DNA of 64,000 nt from Bacteroidota bacterium (GCA_009786185.1 WQTS01000144.1:46127-110126), one strand, 5' to 3'; positions 24,490 to 35,580 are shown, numbered from the stretch's first letter. Program-made: numbers and translations. The notes: generated from the letters alone by a model not told the origin.

Positions 24490-25518
24490 TTAAGCTAATA
24501 ATGTAACGCCTTCTTTCTCTACTATCTTCCCTATTTCAAACACATTTTCCCCACAATTTTTTAAAATCTCTATGGTGGCAGCTGTATCTTCCGGTTTTAC
24601 CACTAAGATCATGCCGATACCCATGTTGAAGATGTTGAACATTTCGCGGTGGGGAATATTGCCCCATTTTTCTAAAAAGTTGAAAATGGGTGGTTTCTCC
24701 CAGCTACTCTCTTTAATTTCAACGCCTTGATTTTTTTTTAAAACACGAGGAATATTTTCATCGAAACCGCCGCCGGTAATGTGGCAAATGGCGTGAACGT
24801 CAATGCTTTTTAGCACTTCGAGAACGGGTTTTACATAAATTTTTGTGGGAGCAAGTAACACTTCTCCCAGTTTGCCTTTCAGCTCATCGAAATGTTGATT
24901 CAAATCGAGATCATGATCTTTCATCACAATTTTTCGCACTAAAGAAAAACCGTTAGAGTGCACACCGGAAGACTGTATGCCGACCAAAATGTCGCCAACG
25001 CTCACTTTTGAACCGTCTATGAGTTTTGATTTTTCGACTGCTCCCACGGTGAAACCGGCAATATCGTATTCTCCGTTGTGGTACATGTCGGGCATTTCGG
25101 CAGTTTCGCCGCCGATGAGTGCGCAATTTGCCAATACGCACCCATCGGAAACGCCTTTTACTATTTGTTCAATTTGGGCGGGGTCATTTTTACCCACCGC
25201 AACATAATCCAAGAAAAAAAGCGGCTGTGCGCCTTGTGCCAATACATCATTCACGCACATTGCCACTACATCTTGTCCAATAGTATCGTGTTTGTCTAAT
25301 AAAAACGCCAATTTCAGTTTAGTGCCCACGCCGTCGGTGCCGCTCACCAGTATGGGCTCTTTCATGCCAAGCAACGACAAATCGAACATGCCGCCAAAAC
25401 TGCCGATGTTACCCATCATGCCTAATCGTTCTGTTCTGGCAATATGTTTTTTAATCCTGCGAACAGATTCATAACCTGCTTCTAAGGAAACCCCCGATTG
25501 TTCGTAACTTTGCGCCAT
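24490..25518 (-). CDS. purM: Phosphoribosylformylglycinamidine cyclo-ligase (AIR synthetase)
   Basis: [20 protein letters not shown]-like [24 protein letters not shown] and GGETAEMP are PurM motifs. Confidence 0.95.
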   Translation of the reverse strand: MAQSYEQSGVSLEAGYESVRRIKKHIARTERLGMMGNIGSFGGMFDLSLLGMKEPILVSGTDGVGTKLKLAFLLDKHDTIGQDVVAMCVNDVLAQGAQPLFFLDYVAVGKNDPAQIEQIVKGVSDGCVLANCALIGGETAEMPDMYHNGEYDIAGFTVGAVEKSKLIDGSKVSVGDILVGIQSSGVHSNGFSLVRKIVMKDHDLDLNQHFDELKGKLGEVLLAPTKIYVKPVLEVLKSIDVHAICHITGGGFDENIPRVLKKNQGVEIKESSWEKPPIFNFLEKWGNIPHREMFNIFNMGIGMILVVKPEDTAATIEILKNCGENVFEIGKIVEKEGVTLLA

Positions 25519-25529
25519 GATTATTGTTT

Positions 25530-28151
25530 TTATTCTTTAACAACTTTTTTTGTTATTGTTCCGTTTTCTGTTTGTATCTGCATAAAATAGATACCTGTCT
25601 GCAAATGCGAAATGTCTAACTCTTGATGAGATGATGAGATGGTGAGATGATGAGATGATACTTTTTTTCCTACAATATCAAAAATTTGTAACTCGTCACT
25701 TGTAACTCGTAACTTATCAAATGCAATGGTTAACTTTCCGGTAGTTGGATTAGGATAAATCATAATGTTTTGGTTATCGACCTCATCAATTCCCAAATGT
25801 ATTAATCCGTTAAGTGCAATTTCAGCATACGCTTCGGTAGATTTTAGCGTCAGAATTTCATTAAATGTTCCTGAATCTCCCCAGTGGGTATAACACCGGA
25901 TGTACAATTTATAAGGGAGTTGCGTTCGGGCTATCGTAAATCCTTTATTCCAAGCAATTCCGTTGTGAGAAACTTGAAATCTACTCGGCGCTGCCACAGC
26001 TATGTTAGCAACTACGTTAGGTGAAGATATGATAACTTCAACAGGTTCTGAAGGTACGCCTGCATAAGTTTCGAAATATAAAACGCTCTCAGAAGAGTTA
26101 ATCGTATATTGTCCGCCCAAACTGAAAGTTGCGTTAATATTATGAGGTGCCAACACATTTTTAAAAGTGTGAGTTTTTATAGCTCCCATATCTACACCAT
26201 CTACCGTAACGTTATCTACACTGTATCCATTATCAGGTTTTATTTCAAATGTTTGATTAGCATCATGATTTACATGAACAATACCATCTTCGCCATTGGG
26301 GATGATGCTTCCATTTTCACCTGCATTAACGGTAATAGGGAATGTATTGAAAGTTAAGCCTTCAATTCTAATGATTTGATCGGCTTGAATATTTGAAATT
26401 GTGTAAACGCCACTGGTAGGATTAATTATTTCATAATTTGCAGTAATCACAAGCTCGGATTTGTTGTGAGAAGGAAGCAGATCTATTTTAAAAGAGAAGC
26501 TGCCTCCGGCATTTACGGGTGAGTTTGATCCCGGTTGAGCAGTAACTATACATCCGTAGTAAGCGGGAAGGAACACATGGTAATTTGATTTGGTACCACC
26601 GCCCATAAAGTCGAAAGTAATGTAATCGCCATGTACGGTAATATTCGAAATGGGTTTGTTGGTAGGCGTGTAGTCCCAGGTAATCATTGCCGGAGTTGTG
26701 TTATCGTTGAAACTGGTTTTATTTAGTGTTCCTGGCCAAGTAGTAGAGCCGGAATTTATACTTCCGTATTGGCTTTGGCTTGTTGTGCCGGCATCAGGTA
26801 CATAAGCCGGTGCGTTAGCAGCAACAGGATAAAAACGTTGCCAGCTGGTAGTGTTTTGCTGATAAGGAGGACCACTATAAGGATCTGTAGCTCTGTATAT
26901 CAATAAGTTTTGCCCCGGTACGTGTGAATTGAAACCCTCTCTGACTATATTTTCTATGATAAAATACTGATTCGGGTCAGGAGTATTGATTCTAAAGTAA
27001 GCATTTTTATAAACTCTCGCAGCCGGTATGGTAACCTTTTGTGGCGAGTTTAATTCAATGGCTGTAGCCCAGTTATACGTATATACTTTTGTGCGCGGGT
27101 TGGGATGTGCGGGAGATCTTCCGCTATTGTTGTGAGCTCCTGATGCCATTAAATCCCAATATCCGGTTCCATCATACTGTCCTCCAATTTGATAATTAGT
27201 ATCATAATAATCGGGAGCGCCTAAAGAATGTCCATATTCATGGCAAATTACGCCTATATCAGTGATTATGCTTCCGGTTACCCCTCTTAGTTCCGATGAA
27301 CAAGCATATCTTTGAAATAAATATCCGCCATAATTGTAGTTAAAACTGGACTGTGCATGCGCCCATATTGCATCTGCAAACCCATTTGATTGGCAATATC
27401 CTGCATAAATCATGTAAACGCTGTACACTTGATTGGTGCCCGGAGTAACAAACTCGTTAAAATCAACACCGGCATCAATAGCTGCCACAATGGTATGACG
27501 TGCATAAGTAATCCATCTGTTGTCGGGCGTATAAAAACTGGCATTATTTGGGAGCGTATAAGGTCCAACTACAGTACCTTTTAGTTCTACTGTATTGTAA
27601 GAAGCTTCTAGAAAGAAATCTTTTACACTGCCGGTAGCTGCACTTTCATTATAATTAATTTGGTTCAACAACATGTCAAAATCCTCCGCTGTTTTTGTAA
27701 AAGGGCGATCGGTAAATTGTGTAAGAATTACTAACAATTTACGCTCTCCTGCGGTTTGGATGAACCCTTTTGCATTTTCTGCATGCGCTATTTCTCTAAG
27801 TTGCATATAGTAATAAACTTGTTCATCACTATAAAACAGATCTTTGCCGATTTTTTGCAACCACGTAATAGCTTCGGAAGAACGGTTCGAAATTTCCGTA
27901 GCAATAATAGATGAAGGCTCCAAATCTCCGGAAGCATTGAGTTGCGCATAGCTCCAATAGCGATCTGAATTAACCAATAGTGTGTAACCGTCTAATGTTA
28001 TAGCCCAATTGATAAACTCATCCCCTCTCATTATAATCGTTACCTCTTCTCCATTAGGTTGCGTAACGGTTACGGGGTAAGGATATGCCGGAATAGCATA
28101 GGCTTGCAAGCAAACCATAGAAATAAGTAATAAAGATAAAAACTTTTTCAT
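25530..28151 (-). CDS. M6-family (InhA-like) zinc metalloprotease with InlB-B-repeat-like domains and a T9SS CTD
   Basis: Has a signal peptide and the N-terminal [19 protein letters not shown] typical of the M6 domain. Zinc site [18 protein letters not shown]-terminal [14 protein letters not shown]...[27 protein letters not shown]. Confidence 0.85.
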   Translation of the reverse strand: MKKFLSLLLISMVCLQAYAIPAYPYPVTVTQPNGEEVTIIMRGDEFINWAITLDGYTLLVNSDRYWSYAQLNASGDLEPSSIIATEISNRSSEAITWLQKIGKDLFYSDEQVYYYMQLREIAHAENAKGFIQTAGERKLLVILTQFTDRPFTKTAEDFDMLLNQINYNESAATGSVKDFFLEASYNTVELKGTVVGPYTLPNNASFYTPDNRWITYARHTIVAAIDAGVDFNEFVTPGTNQVYSVYMIYAGYCQSNGFADAIWAHAQSSFNYNYGGYLFQRYACSSELRGVTGSIITDIGVICHEYGHSLGAPDYYDTNYQIGGQYDGTGYWDLMASGAHNNSGRSPAHPNPRTKVYTYNWATAIELNSPQKVTIPAARVYKNAYFRINTPDPNQYFIIENIVREGFNSHVPGQNLLIYRATDPYSGPPYQQNTTSWQRFYPVAANAPAYVPDAGTTSQSQYGSINSGSTTWPGTLNKTSFNDNTTPAMITWDYTPTNKPISNITVHGDYITFDFMGGGTKSNYHVFLPAYYGCIVTAQPGSNSPVNAGGSFSFKIDLLPSHNKSELVITANYEIINPTSGVYTISNIQADQIIRIEGLTFNTFPITVNAGENGSIIPNGEDGIVHVNHDANQTFEIKPDNGYSVDNVTVDGVDMGAIKTHTFKNVLAPHNINATFSLGGQYTINSSESVLYFETYAGVPSEPVEVIISSPNVVANIAVAAPSRFQVSHNGIAWNKGFTIARTQLPYKLYIRCYTHWGDSGTFNEILTLKSTEAYAEIALNGLIHLGIDEVDNQNIMIYPNPTTGKLTIAFDKLRVTSDELQIFDIVGKKVSSHHLTISSSHQELDISHLQTGIYFMQIQTENGTITKKVVKE
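25625..25660. repeat. Tandem octamer GATGAGAT x4.5 inside the CTD-coding region
   Basis: The sequence reads GATGAGAT GATGAGAT GGTGAGAT GATGAGAT GATA. On the minus strand it encodes [12 protein letters not shown]. Confidence 0.9.
25687..25714. repeat. 14-bp direct repeat TGTAACTCGTCACT / TGTAACTCGTAACT inside the CTD-coding region
   Basis: Read directly from the sequence. It encodes LRVTSDELQ on the minus strand. Confidence 0.85.
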
Positions 28152-28178
28152 TTTTTTAATTTTTTTTAATTGTGAATA

Positions 28179-30767
28179 TTAATGTTTGATAATTTTCTCA
28201 TGAAACAATCCTTCGGAAGTTCGGATTACCATTACGTAGATCCCCGCCGGCAAATGTGAAATATTGACTCTCCTTTCCTCTTTTTCCTTTCTGTCTTCTG
28301 CCTTCTGCTTTCTTCCCATCATATCATAAATCTCAATATCCGTAATCCGCAATTCGTAACCCATAATTTGCAATTCTCCCGTTGTTGGATTCGGATAAAC
28401 CGCAAATGCCGGAGCTTGCTTTTCAGGCGTCTGCAAAGTAAGATTGCCAATTAATATAATTTCGGTGTATGCATCAGTAGCGCAGAGGGTAAGTTTTTCC
28501 AACGCGTGCTCTTTATCTTCTTCATCCGGATTGTATCTGATATACAGCTTGTAAGGGAGTTGTGTTCTGCCTATTGTAAAAGTTTTATACCATTTCTCTC
28601 CATTATTTGATATTTCAAACTTTTCAGGGGCAGCTACTCGAATGCTGCTTGCTAATTCCGGTGAAGTAACTATAACAAATTCTGTTTCCGATGGCGTTCC
28701 GGGTGAAGCAGCAAATTGTAATACATTTGAGGTAACATCGATAGAGTATTTATCTCCATATTTAAAACGGGCTGAAATGGTGTGAGGTTCCGTTACATTT
28801 TTAAATACATAATGCCTAACACTTCCAACTGAAGCTCCATCTACAAAAACCTCATCTACACTAAATCCTATATTGGGAGTGATATCGAAACGCTGAAGGT
28901 TTGCTATAGGTACTGCTACTGTTCCGCCCGGAAAGATTGTTCCGTTTTCTTCTGCACTTGCAATAATGTTTACGCTGTTAAACTGCACGCCCTCTACTAC
29001 CACAACTTGATCCGATTGAATATTGGAAATCGTGTAAACGTCGTTGGAAGACGTAAGGATTTGCCCGTTAGATTTTACTACTAAGGTTGATTGGTCATGT
29101 GTTGAAGATAGTGTTACTTTAAACTCAAAATCTCCTCCGGTGGCTACGGGAGAACTGAAACCCGATTCCGGTGTTATAATACAGCCGTAATAGTTGGGTA
29201 TAAAAACAGTATGATTATCTTTTTGTCCGCCGCCAAGTACATCAAAGGTAATGTAATCATTGTGCACGGTAATATTTGTAATGGGTTTGCCTGTAGGTTG
29301 CCTGTTCCACGAGAGCATGGCAGGAATGGTGTGGTCGGTAAACTCCGTTTTACCGGTAACTCCGGGCCAAGGGCACAGTGCAGAGTTTATGGCTCCATAA
29401 TCAGCTTGACAGTTTGAGCCGGAGCCAGGCAAATCTACCGGCGCATTTGCAGCTACCGGATAAAATTTTTGTGGGCTGGTGGTGTTCATGCCGCTTGTAT
29501 TAGCCGCACGATGATAAATCAACATGTTAACCCCCGGAATATAGTCGTTGTATCCGCCTCGTATTTTATTTTCGAGAACATAATATTCGTTGGGAGTTTG
29601 TGTGTTAATGCGAAAATAGGCATTATCATAAAAACGCGCGGAAGGAATGGTAACGGTTTGTGCACTATTTAACGCTATGGCAGTTGCCCATCCATAGAGC
29701 TCTACTTTAGTATGAGGATTTGGTGGCGCCGGCGTTCTTCCCCCGTCGTTCCAGCTGCCGCTTGCCATAAGATCCCAATTTCCGGTTCCTGTGTACGACC
29801 CGCCGGTTGCTCCATCGGTATCGTAATAATCGGGAGCGCCTAATGAGTGTCCAAATTCATGACAAATTACGCCGATGTGCGTAATACTTCTGCCGCTACC
29901 TCCTCTAAGTTCCGGTGAGCAAGCATAAGAGGCTATGCGTACGCCATCCAAATAAAGCGGATCAATGCTCCAGGCATGCGACCAAATACAATTTGCACCT
30001 CCGCCGGCTTCCTCTCCATGTCCTGCAAAAATCATGTAAAAGCTGGGAACCTCTCCGCCTGTGGCAAAATCGGTAAAATTGATACCGGCGGCGTGGGCAG
30101 CCAAAACGCCCTCGCGTGCCAACTCACGGGCTTGCCAAAAATCTCCGTAATAGGCATGGTTATTTTTAGCGGTAAACGGACCTACCACAGTGGTTTGCAC
30201 CTCTAACTTATTGTAAGAGACTTCAAGAAAAAAATCTTTCACACTGCCATTGGCTCCGTATTCGGTATATTTAATTTGGTTAAACATGTTGTCAAAATCC
30301 TCCTGAGTCATAATAAACGGTTTATCAGGATATTGCATTAACACGGTCAATAATTTCCGAACGCCTGTAGTATTGCTTTTTGCAGCGCTACCTTCGTTTT
30401 CTACCATGTTTCGTATTTGTTGATATACGGATGCCTGGCTATTACTGAATCGTAACTCTTTCGGGGTTCTTGCTAATAACTCGCTCACGGTAGCGTTTCT
30501 TTTTGCTATGTCTTCTGCGTAAAAAGCGGAAGGTTCTATATCTCCTTGTGCGTTCAATTGTGCGTAGCAAAAATATCCTTCGGCGTTATACAAAAGCGTA
30601 TATCCATCTAACGTTTGCGCAAACTTCACAAACTCATCACCTTGCATGATGATCGTAACTTGCTCGCCGTTGGGTTGCGTAAAAACAACGGGGTAGGGAT
30701 AGGCAGGTACGGCAAATAATCGCGTAAAAGCGCTGAGAATAAATAGAAGGAATAAAAAACGTTTCAT
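28179..30767 (-). CDS. M6-family (InhA-like) zinc metalloprotease with T9SS CTD, tandem paralog of 25530..28151
   Basis: Collinear with its neighbour: [37 protein letters not shown] and a C-terminal VYPNPTTGELQI...ISHLPAGIYVMVIRTSEGLFHEKIIKH. Confidence 0.85.
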   Translation of the reverse strand: MKRFLFLLFILSAFTRLFAVPAYPYPVVFTQPNGEQVTIIMQGDEFVKFAQTLDGYTLLYNAEGYFCYAQLNAQGDIEPSAFYAEDIAKRNATVSELLARTPKELRFSNSQASVYQQIRNMVENEGSAAKSNTTGVRKLLTVLMQYPDKPFIMTQEDFDNMFNQIKYTEYGANGSVKDFFLEVSYNKLEVQTTVVGPFTAKNNHAYYGDFWQARELAREGVLAAHAAGINFTDFATGGEVPSFYMIFAGHGEEAGGGANCIWSHAWSIDPLYLDGVRIASYACSPELRGGSGRSITHIGVICHEFGHSLGAPDYYDTDGATGGSYTGTGNWDLMASGSWNDGGRTPAPPNPHTKVELYGWATAIALNSAQTVTIPSARFYDNAYFRINTQTPNEYYVLENKIRGGYNDYIPGVNMLIYHRAANTSGMNTTSPQKFYPVAANAPVDLPGSGSNCQADYGAINSALCPWPGVTGKTEFTDHTIPAMLSWNRQPTGKPITNITVHNDYITFDVLGGGQKDNHTVFIPNYYGCIITPESGFSSPVATGGDFEFKVTLSSTHDQSTLVVKSNGQILTSSNDVYTISNIQSDQVVVVEGVQFNSVNIIASAEENGTIFPGGTVAVPIANLQRFDITPNIGFSVDEVFVDGASVGSVRHYVFKNVTEPHTISARFKYGDKYSIDVTSNVLQFAASPGTPSETEFVIVTSPELASSIRVAAPEKFEISNNGEKWYKTFTIGRTQLPYKLYIRYNPDEEDKEHALEKLTLCATDAYTEIILIGNLTLQTPEKQAPAFAVYPNPTTGELQIMGYELRITDIEIYDMMGRKQKAEDRKEKEERRVNISHLPAGIYVMVIRTSEGLFHEKIIKH
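28271..28361. repeat. Low-complexity word repeats in the CTD-coding region. They include the 14-mer TCTGCCTTCTGCTT (28297-28310) and heptamers CGTAATC CGCAATT CGTAACC (28341-28361).
   Basis: The 14-mer is identical to the unit repeated at 19113-19140, which lies in an unrelated gene on the other coding strand. Confidence 0.8.
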
Positions 30768-30799
30768 TATAGGTTATAAATTTAGCTGGCAAAATTAAT

Positions 30800-31792
30800 T
30801 TATTTCTTTAAATGCAGCATAAAATGCGAAAAAAAATGCCAAATTGTTTCGCCATCTACATCTATCTTGTTATCAAAAATATAAGGCACTTTTGGAGCTG
30901 CAACTCCCGCCGCCCATTCTACATTGCCTGTCAATACAAAAATTTCATCCCATAAATGAGCATCTAAAAATTTTTGGAGAGTTGCTTTGCCGCCTTCAAT
31001 AATTACGGACTGTATTTTTAGTGCGTAAAGTTCATTTAAAATATCTTCAATATTTCCTGTTAAAAATGAAAATGATTCATTGGTTTTTAATGGCTTACAT
31101 TCATCACACCATACAAAACGTTGTGGTTGATTCGAGCCGTAAAAACGATTGGTTAATTGTGGATTATCGTTTATTAATGTGTTGTAACCTACTAAAATTG
31201 CTTGTTCTTCGTTGCGCAATTTGTGCGACCAAACGCGTAAGGCATCGTTTGTTATCCAATATGTAGGGGCATTGCGCGCAATACCTCTACGCAAAATATC
31301 CATAAATCCATTTTTTGTCTGCGCCCATTTCAAAAAAACATAAGGTCGTTTTTTCGTATGATACGTAACAAACCTTTTGTTTAGCTGCAAACATTTCTCT
31401 TCCAACACATTTTCTACCACTTCTATCCCTGCATCTCGGAGCATTTTAACTCCTTTCCCATTCACCTTTTCATTTGGGTCTCTCATACCGATCACCACTT
31501 TGGGAATCTTTTTTTCAATAATTAAAGAAGCACACGGTGCGGTTTTCCCAAAATGTGCGCAAGGCTCTAAATTAACATAAAGTGTTGATTCTTTTAATAA
31601 TTCTTGATGCTTAACCTCGCAAATCGCATTGACTTCGGCATGGGGAGTTCCGTATTGTTGGTGGTATCCTTCGCCAATAATACATTCATTGTGCACGATA
31701 ACAGCCCCAACTAATGGATTGGGTTGCACTTTTCCCAATCCCAACGCTGCTAACTGTAGCGCACGATGCATCCATAACTCTTCCGCAATCAT
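30800..31792 (-). CDS. ribD: Bifunctional riboflavin biosynthesis deaminase/reductase RibD
   Basis: Deaminase zinc motifs HAEVNAI and PCAHFGKTAPC, followed by a reductase-type C-terminal half. Confidence 0.9.
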   Translation of the reverse strand: MIAEELWMHRALQLAALGLGKVQPNPLVGAVIVHNECIIGEGYHQQYGTPHAEVNAICEVKHQELLKESTLYVNLEPCAHFGKTAPCASLIIEKKIPKVVIGMRDPNEKVNGKGVKMLRDAGIEVVENVLEEKCLQLNKRFVTYHTKKRPYVFLKWAQTKNGFMDILRRGIARNAPTYWITNDALRVWSHKLRNEEQAILVGYNTLINDNPQLTNRFYGSNQPQRFVWCDECKPLKTNESFSFLTGNIEDILNELYALKIQSVIIEGGKATLQKFLDAHLWDEIFVLTGNVEWAAGVAAPKVPYIFDNKIDVDGETIWHFFSHFMLHLKK

Positions 31793-32907
31793 CTTTTTAA
31801 GAAATAAGACAGGGGTTGGATTTGTCTATCAAAATGATAAAATTGTACGGTATAAATTTCGTCGGTATTTTCGTTAAAAGTGGCATAACTGCGGTCTTTG
31901 TTAAACTCGTGGTAAATTTCTTCAATTAAATCTCCACCTTGCCACAACTCGCCTACAGTAATCATGTGATAAAGTTTCATTGTTGTTGTTTGATTGTCAA
32001 CGTCTGTAACAGAGACTATTTTATAGAGGTTATATTGTATGATAGAGTCTTTAAACGAATTCTCCATATTAGGATAAAACGTTTCGTAGTTTCGTTCTCT
32101 AAATTCGGATAACATGTTTATTAACAATGTTGTATCGTAGTCTAAAACCACATTTTTATGTGCATCGAGCAAAGTAAAGGAGCGCGGACCTGATTTTTCA
32201 ACAAAAAAAGAGTTTTCAGGATTTTCTACATCAATGAAAGAAGCATTTTGAATACGTGTAAGTTTGGTATTAAAAACCTGTTGAGAATACCAGTCAATGG
32301 GTTTGGGCGAAAATAGCGGAGTTACATATCCTCTAAAACCCGGTTTATAAATAATGTATGGCGCCGACATGCCTTCTACAAGCGCATACGATCCTAAGTT
32401 GTTTTGAGTAGCATCACCCAAAAAATAAGTTTTTAACAGCCGCTCTTTTGTAAAAAACGGACGTCCGAATAATGTAAACAATGGCTTCGTTTCGTAAACT
32501 TCTACTTTCGTTGAACTTACGGCAAGCATTTCTATAATACTCTGATGCCCGGCTTTAGCTATGGGCTGCGCTACGCGAATTGAACCTAATGTGGCAAGTA
32601 AATCATTAATTTTATGCTTGGATGCCGGCCTCTGTTGATCTACCATCCAGCCTTCTGCATTTTTAGTTAACAATACTTTATCACCAAACATATCCGCCAT
32701 AAAAATCCGTGTGATTGTAGAGGTGTCTTCTATTGCAAAAATGGTAGATAAGTTTTGAGCGTCCGATTTGTTAAAACCTCCTTTCTTATAAACAATGGCA
32801 ATTACAGAGAGAATGGCGAGTAAGCAAGCAACAATTACATATACTTTTTGTTTTTTCATAAGGGTATGTTTTTTGAGCGGCAAATGTACATCATTTTTAC
32901 GTATCAC
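31789..32907 (-). CDS. Hypothetical membrane-anchored periplasmic protein (possibly DUF4340-like)
   Basis: N-terminal TM helix VYVIVACLLAILSVIAIVY. It overlaps the ribD start by 4 nt. The true start may be MKKQK at 32859. Confidence 0.5.
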   Translation of the reverse strand: MIRKNDVHLPLKKHTLMKKQKVYVIVACLLAILSVIAIVYKKGGFNKSDAQNLSTIFAIEDTSTITRIFMADMFGDKVLLTKNAEGWMVDQQRPASKHKINDLLATLGSIRVAQPIAKAGHQSIIEMLAVSSTKVEVYETKPLFTLFGRPFFTKERLLKTYFLGDATQNNLGSYALVEGMSAPYIIYKPGFRGYVTPLFSPKPIDWYSQQVFNTKLTRIQNASFIDVENPENSFFVEKSGPRSFTLLDAHKNVVLDYDTTLLINMLSEFRERNYETFYPNMENSFKDSIIQYNLYKIVSVTDVDNQTTTMKLYHMITVGELWQGGDLIEEIYHEFNKDRSYATFNENTDEIYTVQFYHFDRQIQPLSYFLKR

Positions 32908-32910
32908 CGC

Positions 32911-35580
32911 TTAGTAATACATATTATCTCTAAAGTCTCTTCTTGCCTCGTACTTCAAATCTTGTAGTACAGAAGCCTTTACATTCACGGTAAAATTCCA
33001 GCCCTGTCTAGGACCGAAAGGAACCCAGCCGAATCTCATCTCCCAGCAATGCAAATCGCGGTATACCGTAAATTCGGTAAAAGAGAAATCTTTTTGCTGA
33101 ATATCATAGCCTGTACGAACCTCTATTTTCCATTTTCTTGTAATATTCACATCGGCGCTCACATTAATAGTTTGTACAATATTGTTATTGTATTTTTTCT
33201 CACCGGCAAGTACATTCATGTAATAGTGGTAATTGTCGGAGGTGATATAGGCAAATGTATAATTAATGGTAACATTCCAGGGGTTTCTAAAGTCGGCGCG
33301 CGCGCTGGGTATGCCTAAGGCGCTTACCGGAAAAATGGATTCCGTTTGCTGAGGCGGCGAAGGTGTATCGGTAGCTTCCCCTTTTCTCAGGTTTTTAAAA
33401 AACTCTCGGTTAAGCCGCCAATTCACACCAAGATTCAAATCCGAACCGGAAAATCGCAAGGCTCTGTTATTTACTTTGAGTTCTGTTTGGTTAACTCTTC
33501 TTCCTCCACTTCCAATGATATAGGGATCGAAACTAAGCCGGAAAGTAACATCTAAGAAAGAGAAAAGCGAAGTTCTGCCCGTAATGCTAAGGGGTTGCCA
33601 ATTGAGCGAGTCAGCAGCAAAATCGTAGCCGGAAGAGAAACCGATATTATCAAAAATCGTAATTTTTCGCGAACCGGTAATCGTATCTCTTTTCGACCTT
33701 ACTTTAAGTTCCAAGTTGTTATTTATAGATAAACGCGTAACGGCTTGCATGCGTGCCGCTCCTCCGCCGAAATAAGAATATTCTACTTCTCTGCCGGTAA
33801 TGGTGTTAAAGTAAGTTCCGGTTGTATTTCCGCTTAAATTGGGACGAAAAGTAAAACTCAAGTCAGGCGACATGACATGCCGCATTGCCAGCCCTCCTTT
33901 TCTTGTAGCATAGAAGAGAAAGACTCTGGTATTTAACGAAGTAGATAAACTCACATCGTGCTGGGCATAAAAACCGCGTTGAAAAACATTAGTGATTATT
34001 GGATTTATCCTACCATCTTCTAAGGTATCCGTATCAAATGTTTGTACATTGCGTTGCAAATGCCATCTTTCGGTTAAAGTAGCATTGGTATTCCAATTAA
34101 ATGCTTTTCCCACCTTAATAGGAATATTCAGTGGAATAGTGTGTTGAATATTTGATCGAATCTCCTCCCATGTTTGTTGCTCAAAAAAAAGCGAATCTTT
34201 TGTATTTATCTGGTTTATCATTTGCGTGCTCCATCTCATGGAAATATTATCATACCATTTTAACCTTCCGGCTTTATGTTTTTTCCGGAAAGGATAAAAT
34301 TGCCGTGCCGACATGCTGATTTCTGGAAGAGAAAGGCTAACATCGTGAGTGCGAGTGTTTTGATTGTAGTAAAGAGCTGCATCAAAAAAGAAGACGCCAT
34401 TGGCATTGGTAGAAAAGTTTACGGAAGAGTTAAATTGATTCGTTAAATAATCTTCAGTGGAAGAAGGATTAAAGCGATTGAAAGAAGTACTCTGCACGTT
34501 TACAAGTGCAGTAAATCTGGTGGTGGGATGCCACTTAGGATCTTGCTTGTGATCCCAATACACGCGAAAGTCGTTTTCACGTTTCCACGATGGCGTACCA
34601 CGTTCACCGAAAAAATTTTGCGCAAAACTCAAATCAACCAATCCGGTACAGACGTACCTGAACACATAATTGGCTTTTGTCTTTGCCGCCCAACTTCCGC
34701 GCGTGCTGATGTCGCCCAGCAAATATAAATCAAAATTATCGCTAATCCCCAAATAATACCCTCCATTTTCAAAATAGAATCCGCGGCTTACCATTTCGCC
34801 GTATCTCGGGATAATAATTCCTGAGGCGCGACCTTTGCTAAGCGGAAAATACCCAAACGGAATTGCTAATGGCGTAGGCACACCTCCAATACATACATAG
34901 GCAGGGCCCGTTACAATTTTATCATCCTGAATCACTTTTGCTTTATTAAAACGTATCTGAAAATGCGGATCCGGCAAATTACAAGTAGTATATTGCCCAT
35001 CTTTAATGTAGGAGGTTTTATCATCTACGTGTTTCACGTAACGTCCGTGAATGTAACCCTCTCCTTCATTAGTAATCACTTTGGTTATCTTCCCTTTTTT
35101 CGTTTTAAAATTATAACGCATTTCCTGAGAGCAAAATTCGGAATCTCCTTGTTTAAAAATAGGAGAACCGTGAACAGAGCCTAAACTGTCTGCTACGCCC
35201 GAAGCGTATAGTTCGTTGTTAGTAAAACCAAACTCCATGTAAGCTGAATACAATTCAATATCCTCATAATACGCTTTGGCATCTTCAAAGAGAAAGATTT
35301 TTTTCTTTGTTAAGTTAATAATGATAGAATCCTGGCTGATGTATTTTACTGAAGCGGTTAGTGCGTTGGGAGAGAGCCGTTCTTTTAAAACTATAGAGTC
35401 TGTGACTAATGAATCCGCAGGCACTAAAGGAAGGCTAATGGCGTTAGTAAGAGTATCAATTGTTAATGAATCTGTAGGAGTTAGCGTAGGGACGATGGTG
35501 TCTTTAGGGGCGTTAAAGTCGCTATCTTGTAAAGAAGAAATACTTGTTTGAGCTGATAAGTTGCTGAAAATAAAATGCAT
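32911..35580 (-). CDS. LptD-like (OstA/LptD_2-type) outer-membrane LPS-assembly protein
   Basis: OstA-like N-terminus (IFLFEDAKAYYEDIELYSAYMEF...MRYNFKTKKGKI...DGQYTTCNLPDPHFQIRFNKAKVIQDDKIVTGPA) followed by a large beta-barrel-like region. The start is uncertain. I chose MHFIFSNLSAQ at 35580 because the tracked 1000-aa ORF extends across the divergent amidase gene. Confidence 0.7.
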   Translation of the reverse strand: MHFIFSNLSAQTSISSLQDSDFNAPKDTIVPTLTPTDSLTIDTLTNAISLPLVPADSLVTDSIVLKERLSPNALTASVKYISQDSIIINLTKKKIFLFEDAKAYYEDIELYSAYMEFGFTNNELYASGVADSLGSVHGSPIFKQGDSEFCSQEMRYNFKTKKGKITKVITNEGEGYIHGRYVKHVDDKTSYIKDGQYTTCNLPDPHFQIRFNKAKVIQDDKIVTGPAYVCIGGVPTPLAIPFGYFPLSKGRASGIIIPRYGEMVSRGFYFENGGYYLGISDNFDLYLLGDISTRGSWAAKTKANYVFRYVCTGLVDLSFAQNFFGERGTPSWKRENDFRVYWDHKQDPKWHPTTRFTALVNVQSTSFNRFNPSSTEDYLTNQFNSSVNFSTNANGVFFFDAALYYNQNTRTHDVSLSLPEISMSARQFYPFRKKHKAGRLKWYDNISMRWSTQMINQINTKDSLFFEQQTWEEIRSNIQHTIPLNIPIKVGKAFNWNTNATLTERWHLQRNVQTFDTDTLEDGRINPIITNVFQRGFYAQHDVSLSTSLNTRVFLFYATRKGGLAMRHVMSPDLSFTFRPNLSGNTTGTYFNTITGREVEYSYFGGGAARMQAVTRLSINNNLELKVRSKRDTITGSRKITIFDNIGFSSGYDFAADSLNWQPLSITGRTSLFSFLDVTFRLSFDPYIIGSGGRRVNQTELKVNNRALRFSGSDLNLGVNWRLNREFFKNLRKGEATDTPSPPQQTESIFPVSALGIPSARADFRNPWNVTINYTFAYITSDNYHYYMNVLAGEKKYNNNIVQTINVSADVNITRKWKIEVRTGYDIQQKDFSFTEFTVYRDLHCWEMRFGWVPFGPRQGWNFTVNVKASVLQDLKYEARRDFRDNMYY

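Noticed and set aside
31793-31800. FMN riboswitch upstream of ribD
   Set aside because: The ribD start overlaps the stop of the upstream gene by 4 nt, so there is no leader in which a riboswitch could sit.
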